Shown in pieces: positions 12,629 to 25,289 of a stretch of 64,000 bases of DNA. A program made the position numbers and the translations under genes. Each line of letters begins with the position of its first letter. Position 1 is the stretch's first letter. The notes below the pieces were generated by a model. That model did no database searches. It was not told the origin of the DNA and worked only from the letters and a program-made list of their open reading frames with translations. Origin of the DNA: Octopus sinensis (Eukaryota); the NCBI RefSeq assembly GCF_006345805.1, contig NC_043008.1, forward strand, positions 19,344,001 through 19,408,000, given 5' to 3'.

Positions 12629-13841
12629 CAGGAGACATGACTTAAGTTGAATTAACTTGTCTCTAGGCTAGGCTAGGCTAGGCCAAATTTACTTGCCTCT
12701 AGGCTAAACTGACAGTAACTATTCCCACTTCTGTACTTTATTTTGGTTATTAATACATGGTTAATAAAAACCTATTTTAAGCTTACAAACAAATATTTTT
12801 TAATTTTTTAATACAGTACAGTAAAAAAAATAAGTACCGTAAATTGTCGAGTATAGTCTGCCCTTGAGTATAATACGCAGGGGATTTTTAGAGGGCTGTA
12901 CCTCTGAAAAACCTAAACCTTGTGTATAATACGCACCCCTTCTCTAACTTGAGTCAAGGAGGTCTATATGATGTCCTTGGTTTGTAAAAATGTATACGGT
13001 AACGCCCTTTATTATTATTGTACATATAACACAATGCAAACATGTAGCTTTTTTGTACATTTTGTTTGCAGAAAATAAAGATATAACAATAATAATGTTT
13101 AATAACTGTTGCTTACTACAAGTTATGGCTGATTCTTTTATGACTTCATTGCTTTCAGGCTTAGATTAAGGTATTTTCATGCCTGACATCACAAAATGCG
13201 TCTGAATAAACATTGCCGAATAGCAAATAGAGACTCAGACATTGCTTTGAAAATAATTTTCGTTTTTAACCTCGTATATAGTACGCACTAGAGATTTTGA
13301 CCTTTGAATTTTGGGAAAAACATGCGAATTATACTCGAGGATTTACAGTAATTTAAATTTACGAATACAATTTGGCAGTATTTACTGTGCATCACGGATG
13401 CTTTATGAATGCGGTTAGCAACAAGACATGGTAAAATAGTCTTTTTTATGCTTAAAAACCAAATTCAGTAATCATTATTATTTTACGATAGTAAAAAAAA
13501 AAACACTAAATTATTTAAAATATACCAATATGATGTACATACAATTTTGTGATTTTGTGATTTCTTTCACTAAATACACTACTTTATGGTGTGTATCTTA
13601 ACATTTACTATACATATTTTAATATGATTTTATATGTTTTTATTCTTATTTATTTTACAGTAACATGATTTTATGTGCTTCTAATTGTTTCCTAGTGATT
13701 TTACGATTCCAATATTTGTGGCAGACAGACGTAACGTCAAGTAAAATGACTTGATTTCTATTTTTCCATATATTATTTTTGAAAACCGACATTTAATCGA
13801 GAATTACTTAAATCGAAATGAATTAAGTCAAGGTATGCCTG
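12629..13841. mobile_element. Possible Tigger/pogo-type MITE hosting the Tc2-like insertion
   Basis: Right end aggtatgcctg|ta resembles a Tigger-type TIR; left end caggagacatgacttaa is only a partial match. Confidence 0.4.
12837..13348. mobile_element. Non-autonomous pogo/Tc2-like DNA transposon
   Basis: ta|ccgtaaattgtcgagtata ... tatactcgaggatttacag|ta TIRs with TA TSD; second copy inverted at 26641-27159. Confidence 0.85.
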
Positions 13842-14013
13842 TATGTATATATATATTTATATATATATATATATCGTCGTCGTCGTTTAACGACCGTTCT
13901 CCATGCTAGCATGGGTTGGACGGTTCGACCGGGGTTCTGGGAAGCCAGAAGGCTGTACCAGGCTCCAGTCTAATCTGGCAATGTTTCTACAGCTGGATGC
14001 CCTTCCTAACGCC

Positions 14014-14044
<31 letters not shown>

Positions 14045-14308
14045 CATACATACATACATACATACATACATACATACATACATACATACATACATACACA
14101 CATGAGTAGACAATCAAAAGAAGGGCACTCAACACATTTATTGGGAGTTATATGTTTGGATCAAAACAGTTTGATTCAAACTCCTTGGTACTCTGAGTTT
14201 CAGGTGTGTTGCTAATCCTTGGCCATTGGACTCTGATGGCTGAAGACTAGCAACACACTTGAAACTCTGAGTACCAAGGAGTTTGAATCAAACTGTTTCA
14301 ATATATAT

Positions 14309-14340
<32 letters not shown>

Positions 14341-14344
14341 ATAT

Positions 14345-14605
14345 GAAGATGTGAGGCCTGGTGGTTAGGCTGTTTCACTAATGATCAATAGATGGTGAAT
14401 TCAATTCCCTGATTGGGCAACACATTGTGTTCTTGAGCAAAACACTTCATTTCACATTGCTCCAGTCCACCCTTTTGATCAGGGGGGAATGTTGACCTGT
14501 TTGCCTAGCCAGTGGGGTTGCGTCATTTGAAGGCTAAAACAATGCAAAACTGCATTGTGACCAGTGATGTGTAACAACATCTGATAGCCTGGTCAGTCAT
14601 GTGAT
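14345..14605 (+). mobile_element. tRNA-headed SINE, C-like head with alternative tail
   Basis: Core ttgtgttcttgagcaaaacacttcatttcac; tail matches 31668-31780 in reverse. Confidence 0.65.
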
Positions 14606-14631
14606 ATATATATATGTATATATATATATAA

Positions 14632-15350
14632 AAATGTGGAGTAGAGTGAAAGCTTTTGAGGATGCCAGGATGACACATGCAAGACTCAAGAGAGATTTAA
14701 AGAAGAATGTTGCAATCGAGAAGTTGAATCTCGGTGACCTTTTTGTGTGCACAGTTTGTGACAAACCAGGCATTTCTTTTGCTGGGCTCAAATCTCATTT
14801 GCGAACCCATGGAAAATGAACCTCCACCAACTACTCAGCCTATATATGTGGGCACACCTATATATGTGTGCTGGTGGCGAGCTGGCAGAAACGTTAGCAT
14901 GCTGGGCGAAATGCTTAGAGGTATTTCGTCTGTCGTTACGTTCTGAGTTCAAATTCCGTCGAGGTCGACTTTGCCTTTCATCCTTTCGGGGTTGATAAAT
15001 TAAGTACCAGTTACGCACTGGGGTCGATGTACTCAACTTAATCCCTTTGTCTGTCCTTGTTTGTCCCCTCTGTGTTTAGCCCCTTGTGGGTAGTAAAGAA
15101 ATATATATATATGTGTGCACACCTTTTAATGCCATGTATGCCTCTAACGGAGGTCTCAAAAGACATTTTAAGGTCCACAAAGATCTGAACTTAACTGCAG
15201 CTCTTGGTGGTCCAAACCAGATATGCCATCTATGTGGGTGTCTTTTCAATGCATTGTCTGGTTTAAAAAGCCACATCAGACGCCATGAGGGATCTAAGGT
15301 GTAAAGTACAAGAGGTGGTCAAACTCTGCATAAGGAGTAGACAACCACCA
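14632..15350 (+). mobile_element. 3' end of an RTE/RTE-X-like LINE with three C2H2 zinc-finger remnants, split by a SINE
   Basis: FEDAR..LKR..K..CTVC..SFAGLKSHLRTH, YASNGGLKRHFKVH and CHLC..LSGLKSHIRRH; short 3' UTR then (AT)n; interrupted by SINE D with 13-bp TSD. Confidence 0.7.
14872..15105 (+). mobile_element. tRNA-headed SINE, family D, with 13-bp TSD
   Basis: TSD tatatatgtgtgc at 14859-14871 and 15106-15118. Confidence 0.92.
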
Positions 15351-15934
15351 TATATATATATAATCAGTAAGAAGTTTTGTGACTAATATTTTAAGTCTTC
15401 TGGTGAGTATGTGGTTTATGTAGACAAGGTTGAATGTGATGAAACCTGTAAATGGCTACATAAATTTGATTCAAAGGAAAATGAAAATTCTAACTTCATA
15501 TCATTTTTCCCACATAACGAGATCAAGAATTTCGAATTCATTTGTCAATATGGGAACAATTTTCTGGTTACTTTCAGTTTATTTCTTGTTTTACCTTTTT
15601 ACCTTTTCTTTCCATTTTGCTATGAACTAAACTCAGTCATATTTACGCTTTTTACCTGTAATTCCATAGCTAATTCTTCAGCTTTCTCATTTTGTTTATA
15701 GTTTGTCTCATTGATGCAGTCTGCCATTAACTTGTTCATTTTTAACCACAGTATTATTTTAAAATTGTATATTTTCTCTGTTTCCATTGTTGTCTTTTGG
15801 TATTGTATTAAATGCTTTAATGTCAGTATTTCCTGAATTACCCTTTTCCATGTGCCAAATATTTATTAAATGTGTGCATAAGACAAACAGGAATTGGAAA
15901 AAAAATGCAGGGAAACAAAACAAATTAAATTTAA

Positions 15935-16521
15935 CCCTTTCGTTACTGCATTTATTTTCAGATGCTCTGTTTCTTTCAATTACTTTAAATATAACAAATG
16001 TAAAGTATAGAAGCCATCTTAACATGGCTAACCACATAAGGGAGGGGGTGTTACTGTAGCTTTATAGCCCCAGGAGATCGTCATCTCCAGCTGGCTTTAG
16101 ACAGCATTTCAGTGCCCTTGAAGTATTTGCAAAGGAAGGTCATCCCTTCCTCGCAAGCCTGAGTGATACGCTCGGACTAGTTTCGGGATTTTTGTCCCTT
16201 GTCAACGGGCGGTAACCACCAGGTCGCGATGAAAGAGAAGGCCGCCTTGCAAATATATAAGAGTTTTTCTAGTGACGTCTGCCACTGATTTTGAAAAACT
16301 GACAGTAAGCATTATTAAATCTCAGAATGAGATTGAAACAGTAATCGCTCGATAATGTAAAGTATAGAATTTAGTAAAATAACTTAGTTATCATTCAGCT
16401 AGTGTTAGGAACATAAATTGTGACTAAGGTTTGGTGGAAGATTCTTATTCAAAACTTATGAAGACAAGACCTTTGTACAACAGAGCCAGAGCTGGTTTCA
16501 GCCGGGTTGGTAACGAAAGGG
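15935..16521. mobile_element. piggyBac-type MITE (family 1) carrying an insertion of about 360 bp
   Basis: TTAA|CCCTTTCGTTAC ... GTAACGAAAGGG|TTAA; uninterrupted copies at 18785-19005, 21535-21720, 38820-39029. Confidence 0.88.
16169..16211 (-). ncRNA. Minimal type I hammerhead, family gamma, U3-A8 covariant core
   Basis: CGCCCG-TTGACAA-GGGA(caaaaa)TCCC-GAA-ACTAGT-C-CGAGCG; stem I 5 of 6 pairs, GUC triplet, palindromic stem III. Confidence 0.75.
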
Positions 16522-16905
16522 TTAATTAAATAATACTCTATTAAGGTTATCTGTTTGACAATAATTTTTCTGTTGATTCGATCTGTCTAGTTGCTTCCTG
16601 TTTTTCTATGCGCACATGAAAATGTAAAAATGTTTCGGTTACATAACAATGTGCATCAAATTCATGAAGACAAGTTGTTGAGAGAAAAGAATGTAGAATA
16701 AACAACAAAGTTTGTTGTGTGTGATTTATTGAGGAATAGACTAAGTGGGTTTTTTTGCCAAATAATAACAGATATATTTAGAGCAAATTAAAGGACACTG
16801 TGACGTTCATTGGTTGTGGGTAACATGATACAGTGCAGTTTACAGATTTTACATATGAATGCCATACAAATGAAAAAAGAAAATACGAGATGATATATTT
16901 GCAAA

Positions 16906-17578
16906 GCAGGAGTGGCTGTGTTGTAAGTAGCTTGCTTACCAACCACATGGTTCTGGGTTCATTCCCACTGTGTGGCACCTTGGGCAAGTGTCTTCTACTA
17001 TAGCCTCTGGCCGACCAAACCCTTGTGAGTGGAGTTGGTAGACAGAAACTGGAAGAAGCCCGTCGTATATATGTATGTGTGTATATGTTTGTGTGTCTGT
17101 GTTTGTTCCCCCACCATTGCTTGACAACCGATGGTGGTGTGTTTATGTCCCCATAACTTAGCAGTTCAGCAAAAGACGCAGGAGTAGCTGTGTGGTAAGT
17201 AGCTTGCTTACCAACCACATGGTTCCGGGTTCAGTCCCACTGTGTGGCACCTTGGGCAAGTGTCTTCTACTATAGCCTCTGGCCGACCAAAGCCTTGTGA
17301 GTGGATTTGGTAGACGGAAACTGAAAGAAGCCCGTCGTATACATGTATAGATATAGATATATATGTATGTGTGTTTATATGTTTGTCCCTCTAGCATTGC
17401 TTGACAACCGATGCTGGTGTGTTTACGTCCCCGTCATTTAGCGGTTCGGCAAAAGAGACCGATAGAATAAGTACTGGGCTTACAAAGAATAAGTCCCGGG
17501 GTCGATTTGCTCGACTAAAGGCGGTGCTCCAGCATGGCCACAGTCAAATGACTGAAACAAGTAAAATAAGTAAAGAGT
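16906..17578 (+). mobile_element. Two tandem family A SINEs (3'-truncated copy followed by a full copy)
   Basis: Second head gcaggagtagctgtgtgg starts near 17178, directly after gcaaaagac. Confidence 0.88.
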
Positions 17579-18784
17579 ATGTGGGTAGGGAAGGAGTTCC
17601 AGGGGCCTCCAGTGTTTGTCAAAATAGGATTGTGAAGAAAGCATTTTGTTAGTGGTTTAGGAGGTGAGGCATAAAGGATATGATGACCACATGGACAGTT
17701 GATTGTGTTGGATGGGCATGGGTGAAACAGGAACACAACATAGTAGTTTTAAGAGATGGAGATCAGGGTACCTGTGGCCTGCCGGATGCAGCCTGTGAGC
17801 GTGGACCTCTTCTATGACCATTTACTGGATACAACACTATATTAGGCAAATGAGCAGTGAGCAATTAAGCTTAATTATAGAGTTGTTCTGATTTATCAAT
17901 AACTGGTCTACGTTTAAATACTTTCAGTTTCTGATGAAGAAGAAATGTAATCATTAAGACATTGTTTTGGTATTACGATAGACATATAGCTGTATAGTAT
18001 ATGTGTGTGTGTATATGTATATATATATATTTATATATATATTAGATGTTGATTATTTTCCAGAAGCATTTAAGGTTCAGTGCTTAAAAATATCTGATGA
18101 AATGTATTTTTTGAGGTGTTGGCATAGCTAAGGTGCAGGCATACCTGTGTGGTTAAAAAGTTTGCTTTCCATCCACGTGGCTCTGGGTTCAGTCCCACTG
18201 TATGGCACCTTGGGCAAATGTCTTTTACTATATAGCCCCTGGTTGACCAACGCCTTGTGAGTGAATTTGATACACACACACACCACATATTTTTCCAGTT
18301 TCCACCTACCAAATCCACTCACAGTGCTTTAGCAAGGCTTAAAATTATAGTAGAAGACACTTGCACTGTCCACATATTAATTTGTACGAGTGTATTTCTT
18401 CACAAACAACTGTAGGTTATTAATAATAGTTAAATACGGAAATCACCAAATATGAAAATAGTACTTGTTTTTATGAGACGCAGTAATGTTTTTTAGATTC
18501 CAAGATGATATTACATATCTGGACGAATGTCATACAATTTATCTCACAATCTGTGACTTTGTTGCGCAGGAAAAGTTGTACTTGAAACGAGTTTGTAAAC
18601 AAAACTTGTTGCCTGATAATGAAAGAGGAACTGAGGAGTGTCTGTAGCATTATCGGTAAATTGGTCTGGATTGTATACCTTGTGGTTGTTTATTTGTAGT
18701 TTAGTCTTGTTCTCGTAGACCTATATAATCAACAGAATTCCAACCATGACCATCCTGTCTTTTATCCAGATATTGTGTATTTAC

Positions 18785-19005
18785 CCCTTTTGTTACCAAC
18801 CCGGCTGAAACCGGCTCTGGCTCTGTTGTACAAATGTCTTGTTTTCATAAGTTTTGAAGTAAAATCTTCCACCAAACCTTGGTCGAAATTTATGTTCCTA
18901 GCACTAGCTGAACGATAACTAAGTTATTTTACTAAATTCGTTGTTATATTTAAAGTAATTGAAAGAAACACAGATCATCTCAAAATAAATACAGTAACGA
19001 AAGGG
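18785..19005. mobile_element. piggyBac-type MITE family 1 (opposite orientation)
   Basis: CCC...GGG ends, TTAA on right flank, ttac on left. Confidence 0.85.
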
Positions 19006-19043
19006 TTAAGACAATCTCTTTCAACGTATCCTGTTGTTTTTAA

Positions 19044-19752
19044 CCCTTTAGAATTCAAACCGGCCATATCCGGCCCAAATACTCTACCCAATTTTATGTC
19101 CACACTGGGCAGATCCAGACTCTCACACTTACCCTGTGTTCTAAAAGCAAATAATCACATCTTCAAAATCTTAAAGTTACAAAGTAATACATGATGATGA
19201 TCATCATCATCGTCATCATGGTTTAATGTCCATCTTCCATGCATGCATGGGTAGGATGGTCAACAGGAGCCGGCCAGGTAGAAAAACTGCCCATGGCTAC
19301 TGTGTCTGTTTTGGCAGGAATTTTACGGCTGGATGTCCTTCCTAACACCAACAATTCCACAAAGTGTACTCAGTGCTTGTTGTGTGGCACTAGCACAGGC
19401 GAGGTTAGTTTTGGTATGATTTTTATTGGTGGCTGCCCTTCCAAATGCTAACCACGTTAGTGTGGATTGGATGCTTTTAACATGGCACCAGCCCTGGCAG
19501 GGTAACTAAGTAACTCACAAGACAAGGAATTATGGGAGGGGCAGGGCATTTGAGGAGGGGAACTTGTGTCAGAGGATGAAAGGTTAGAGTGTGACAAAAA
19601 GACAGAGAGACAGAAGCAGGTGTCTTGCCAAAACAGAGGGGTCATTAAAGGAGGTAATCCAGTATCAGATGATGAAAGGTTAGTGTAACTGAGAAATAGA
19701 GAGGCTGAAATAAAGCAGCATTACATTTGACAGGTATCTGAATGCTAAAGGG
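19044..19752. mobile_element. piggyBac-type MITE family 2 interrupted by a family E element
   Basis: TTAA|CCCTTTAG...CTAAAGGG|ttga; other copies near 26353-26563, 27175-27329, 29195-29388. Confidence 0.7.
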
Positions 19753-20341
19753 TTGAAACAGCAAGGTATGGTATAATTGCTGTTTGGCTGCTATTTCTAA
19801 AAAAGTCTGTTGATTGTGTTAGAGGCTTTCTCATTAGCCTGAGGATAGCAAAGTCTCAGTGAATGAAATAATTACAAGCTGGAATCATGTCGAAATTGCA
19901 AACTTCATTTGCTGGGTACTTAACACCCTTGTATAATGACACCTGCCACATTCATGTATATATAAATGGTGTCATTTGTTTATAATTCTCTATAAAAGCA
20001 TGTCCAGGCTGTTTGCTATATGATAGACTCAGAGGAAATATTACCTTGTCTAAAAGGAGATGCGGTTGATGACAGGTAGTGCTTTTGGCCATAGAAAAAT
20101 CTGCCTCAACTTAAATTTGCCTGACTCATAGGAGCATGTAGAAGTAGACATTTAAGCAATGGGGATTATTTCATACACACACACACACATACACACACAA
20201 TAAATAATCAATTGTTGATGATTATATGATATCTTTTAAGATGTTCTCTATAGATTTTCTGTAGACTTCAGAGCCAGCACTGCAAGTTGCAATGTTTCAT
20301 AATGTCGTAACTGGCTCTAAATTTCATAGAGAATCTGTCAC

Positions 20342-20453
20342 GTGAAAATATTGCCCTGCTAACACACAGTGAAAATATTGCCCTGCTAACACAGTAAAAA
20401 TATTGCCCTGCTAACACACAGTGAAAATATTGCCCTGCTAACACACAGTAAAA
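20342..20453. repeat. 27-bp minisatellite, 4 copies
   Basis: gt(g/a)aaaatattgccctgctaacaca(ca) repeated head to tail. Confidence 0.95.
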
Positions 20454-20877
20454 CACAATAATGCAATGTTGATGTATAAGCCTGTCATGTACTTTATAGC
20501 ATATTATGGTTGTAAAATGAAATACTGTGACCTTGCCAATAATTAATTTACATGATGTCTTCACCTGGTGGAGAAAAGAAGTTATGAAATTCATTCTGTT
20601 TTCGACATTAGCAGAGCAGTTGAAATAATTACAATGGAGCAATCAAAACTTTTGCAGTGTTGACTTTATTTGGATCGTATAAAATATTCTTATGACACCT
20701 TCTACTTGTATACAATAAGCAAAACTTTTCAAAACAAGATTAGATTGAAGTTTGGCTGTTTTTATATTAGTAAGTCAGAACGAGTAGGTCACTGAACTTA
20801 GTGATTGATAACACTATTGCTGTTGTTTAGGTTAGCTGAGATTTTTATGGAGTAAAATGATAAAGATTATTAAAAAG

Positions 20878-21270
20878 GTGCAGGCGTGGCTGTGTGGTAA
20901 GATGCTTGCTTCCCACCTGCATGGTTTGGGGTTCAGTCCCACTGTGTGGTAACCTGAGCAAGTGTCTTTTATAGCCTCAGGCTGACCAAAAGCTTTGTGA
21001 GTGGATTTGGTAAATGGAAACTGAAAGAAGCCTCTCGTGTGTGTGTGTGTCTCTTTGTGTCTGTGTTTGTCCCCCACCATCACTTGACAACTGGTATTGA
21101 TGTGTTTATGTCACTGTAACATAGCAGTTCAACAAAAGCGATTGATAGAATAAATACCAGGCTTGAAAAAAAAAGTAAATTAGTGCTGGGGTTGATTCAG
21201 TTGGCTATAAGTCCTTTAAGGCGGTGCCCCAGCATGGCCGTAGTCTTATGACTGAAACAAGTAAAAAATA
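20878..21270 (+). mobile_element. SINE family A
   Basis: Head, core and tail present, many CpG>TpG changes. Confidence 0.85.
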
Positions 21271-21534
21271 CAAGTCTACTCTATGAATTCCTGTTTTTCT
21301 CCACATGTTTTATACATCCGGGGCTGGAAGTGAACTCTTGAGACATTTATTGAAAATTGAAGAACCGAATCCCTTTGGTCAGCACTGGTATTACTCCTAG
21401 TCGTTTTAATATATCACACTTTTACGTGCAATCAAATCCATGGGTTGGGATTGAACCCAGAAACATTTATCATAAATCCAATTCTGATATCCAACCTGTT
21501 AGTGTCTCTTGAATATATGTTAGTAGTCTTTTAA

Positions 21535-21720
21535 CCCTTTTGTTACCGTATTTATATTGAGATGCTCTGTGCTTCTTTCAATTATTTTAAATATAACAAA
21601 GAATTTAATGAAATAAGTTCATTATCATTAAGCTAGTGTTAGGAACATAAATTGTGACTAAGTTTTGGTGGAAGATTTAAATTCAAAACTTATGTAAACA
21701 TGACATTGGTATTGAAAGGG
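21535..21720. mobile_element. piggyBac-type MITE family 1
   Basis: TTAA TSD on both sides, CCC...GGG ends. Confidence 0.85.
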
Positions 21721-22343
21721 TTAATCTTCAATTTTTCTTGATATTTTTATAAAGCTAGTCTTAGTTTAACTATTGTCAACTGTCCTCTAAAAAAAAAAGA
21801 AAGTGTCCGGTGATGAATCCAACTTAACTAAGCAAATGACTTTCTCCAGTTGTATAACTTAACGACCAAGAGTTTTTAAAATGTAAATGATATTAAATAT
21901 TTTAATTAAACACTAAGTAAAGTATCTAACTATAAATAAATAAGGAACTTGCTGAAAACTAACTGAATATGGACAGCTGTGGAATGATATATGATAATGA
22001 AGTACTTAATAGAGAGGCCAGTGTTTGTATGCTGTCAGTGACGTTGCATCATATTCATGGTCTGAACACTTAACTCTTAAGGGCCAAATCCATCTTGCTC
22101 TAAACAGGTCTTATCAGTACCAGTTTAGTTTAGTTCACTGATGTTGTTAATCGGTGGCAGTAACCTAATCTGTTAGCTTGCAGTGTTTTATACTGTTACT
22201 TTCTGCAAGAATTGCTTGTTGTGATAGGTCAGTGCCACATCCAAGAGATTGATCTCTTGTTCGTTTAATGCTGCAGGAACTAGTTAAGCACTGGTACTCC
22301 TGATTTTTATGATCTAGTAACTAATCATGGTACATTCCATTGT

Positions 22344-22645
22344 GTGGAGGTACATGGCCTAGTGGTTAGAGCAGTGGACTCGCAGTCGAGGGATCGCGAG
22401 TTCGAATCTCAGACCGGGCAGTGTGTGTGTTTATGAACGAAACACCTAAGCTCCACGCGGCTCCAGCAGGAGGTAATGGTGAACTTCTGACTCTTTTGCC
22501 ACAACTTTCTCTCACTCTTTCCTCCTGCATCTTGCAGTTCACCTGCGACGGACCGGCATCCCGTCCAGGTGGGGAACCTATACGCCAAGGAAACCGGGAA
22601 ACCAGCCCTATGAGCCAGGTGTGGCTCGAGAAGGAAAAGAAAAAC
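22344..22645 (+). mobile_element. SINE family B
   Basis: tRNA head with gagttcgaatc B-box and B-type tail. Confidence 0.85.
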
Positions 22646-23530
22646 ATTCCCTTGAGATTTGTCTGGCCATCACCATTTTACCAAGTAACAATGTTTATTG
22701 AAATCTATACATCTGTGGTTGTATGTTGGCACAATTGGCTAGCACACTTGTCGTGGAAACACAGAGATGGGGGTTCGTATCCCAAACGTAAGAGAAAAAC
22801 CTACTTTTGAAACGGTGGTGCATCAGCATGGCCGCAGCTCTGAGCTGAAACTAGAGCCAAAAAAAAAAATCTAAATTACACAGTGAAAAAGTAATTACAA
22901 TTTCGACTACTACAGCTCATAGGGACCGATCACCTTGTTTGCAAGGCACGTAAGTGACCGAGATCATAAAATACTTATTGAATGGGATGCCAGTCTATCT
23001 CAGAGTTATTTATTTATAGCCGGAGCATTGTGAAATGAAGTGTTGTGTTTGAGAACCCAATGCAGCGCCTGATCCAGGAATCGAAACCATGATCTTGTGA
23101 TTCTGAGTGCAGCGCCCTTACCACTGGGATACGCTTCCTTCAAAAATGACATGGCTTATGCCAAATAGAGCTGATCTGAAGAGAGGATATGGGAAGAAAC
23201 CTAATCTCTTTGTAGTCTGCTTACTTCCTGCATATTGTTTTCAATATGTTTTCTTCACGGCAACATTGTGAATATACACAAAATCAGATTAGATGAGATT
23301 TAACGAGATTCTGGAATCTTCTCCTTTCACTGCTCTTTTTTTCATTCCACCAAGGTCCACACCAATCACCATTCTTATTGATTTCAAAAGCTCAACTTAA
23401 CCAACTTCATTATAATCTTATGGAATCTATAACTTTGAACCTCCATTTAAGAAAAAAAAAAACAAGAAAAAAAAAACCCCATTTAAGCATGAAATCTATG
23501 AATTAATTAATCCCCTTTTTCTATTTTTAG

Positions 23531-23584
23531 ACTATGAACCGGAACGCCACAGTTCTGAAGACCCTGATACTTCCATGCCCCTAG
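23531..23584 (+). CDS. Probable internal coding exon (phase 1-1), (D)YEPERHSSEDPDTSMPL, unidentified protein
   Basis: Strong acceptor tccccttttt ctatttttag, donor CTAG|gtgact, 54 nt open, non-repetitive; joins in frame to the exon at 32787. Confidence 0.5.
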   Translation, partial: TMNRNATVLKTLILPCP

Positions 23585-24971
23585 GTGACTCCAGTTTGTC
23601 TCTCCTTGCCCTTTATTTTGTTTCTAAATGTATTTTTTCTTCTTCTTTAAGTTCCAATATGTTCACCATTCCTGTCCACAAGGCCACAATATAATTGCTT
23701 CTAACAGCTTGCCTTTTCTTTGTATTTTTTTTATCTTTTTTTTGCTTATTAATAATGCAAATATTTTATTTAGAATTAGCTTATTAATTCTTTTAGTGAA
23801 CCGAAGGTAAAAACCATCATTGCAGAAAACTTCTTTAATGCACTGCTTTCTGTTAAGGGTCATTTACTTCATTCTTTCTTTCTTTTTTTTTTTTTTTTTG
23901 ATGTCCTTTTTTCCATGCCAGCATGGGTTAGGTGAGTGAATTATCGAGGCATTGTTTTACAGCCGGATACTCTTCCTGTTGCTAACCCTTCCCAGTTTTT
24001 GAAGTCAGGGTGTTTTCATTCCACTTGTCTTTGAAAGTGCAGAACTACCAGGCATTTTTTCTGACAGGAAATGCTAACAGATGTCACTGTTCAAACACAC
24101 ACAGACACATGATTTTTTTGTACTGTTTCTGTCTTTGAAATCCACTTGTAAGGCTTTGGTTGGCCCAGGGTTATAGTAGAAAATACTTGCCTAGAGTGCT
24201 ATATAGTGGGACTGAACCTGGAAACATGTGGTTGCAAAGTGAGCTTGTTGATCACACAGCCATGCCTGTGTTGGTTGAAATTGTGTGTATATGTGTGTGT
24301 ATTAATGGGACTCCACAATGCAACACCTTGAGCAAGTGTTGTCTACCCTAATGTCAAGGTGATCTAAAATTTCTAAGTGAAACACCAAATAGATAGAAAC
24401 TGTGGAATCTGGTTGGGTCAGCTGTACTTGTAATTCAAGATGTCATTTCAAACCAATGCTGGAACCTCTGCATATTTGCTTAGCTTAGCTTGCTAGAAAC
24501 AACAGCTAAATGCTTTTAAATTACATCGTACTGCCTCAAAAAGGGGTGAGATAGTTATATACTATTTGGTGAAGGATGGGGTCATAGCTGGAATACCTTT
24601 TGATACAAGTCTACTTGGTTCTGAGTAACTTGGAGCTAAAAAAAAAAATATAACAACAGCAGTTGCATGCTATGTCTACCTCAAGGTGAAGGGTTAAAGT
24701 ATTTGTGGAATTTGCTCAGTTACTTATTCTGTGATGCAAAGTAAAAGTAGTTCCACTGATTGAACAGGTGAAACATTTATTTTAAAATATACCACCTGGA
24801 TCTGTAAACAGACTGAGCCACAAAAGAGTATCAAAGAAAATCGCTTTTAATGGGAAACTTCGAGTACTGAGTATGATCCTGTTGAGAATTTGCCGAGTCT
24901 AAAGTTCAGTCCTGTAATGACTGGGCAGAAAATATATCTAAAAATGTGTTTATTCAAATGCTTCTAATGCT

Positions 24972-25262
24972 CCTTCTCGAGCCATGCCTGGCTCATAAGG
25001 GCCAGTTTCCCGGTTTCCTGGCTGTATAGGTTCCCCACCTGGACGGGACGCTGGTCAGTTGCAGGTGAGCTGCAAGATGCAGGAGGAAAGAGTGAGAGAA
25101 AGTTGTGGCGAAAGAGTCAGCAGAAGTTTCGTCATACCCTTCTGCCGGAGCCGCGTGGGGCTTAGGTGTTTCGCTCATAAACACACACATCGTCCGGTCT
25201 GAGATTCGAACCCATGATCCCTCGACCGTGAGTCCGCTGCTCTAACCACTAGGCCATGTGCC
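24972..25262 (-). mobile_element. SINE family B
   Basis: Reverse complement of the 22344 copy. Confidence 0.85.
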
Positions 25263-25289
25263 TACCAAAGGGTTATAATGTGTTTATAA

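Noticed and set aside
15396-15701. Possible exon SSGEYVVYVDKVECDETCKWLHKF
   Set aside because: Weak acceptor, no convincing donor, no recognisable family; a vague SEFIR/TIR resemblance was too weak to report
18497-18655. Possible exon FQDDITYLDECHTIYLTICDFVAQEKLYLKRVCKQNLL
   Set aside because: Good acceptor and protein-like text, but every frame hits a stop before the only strong donor (after 18655); unresolved without RNA data
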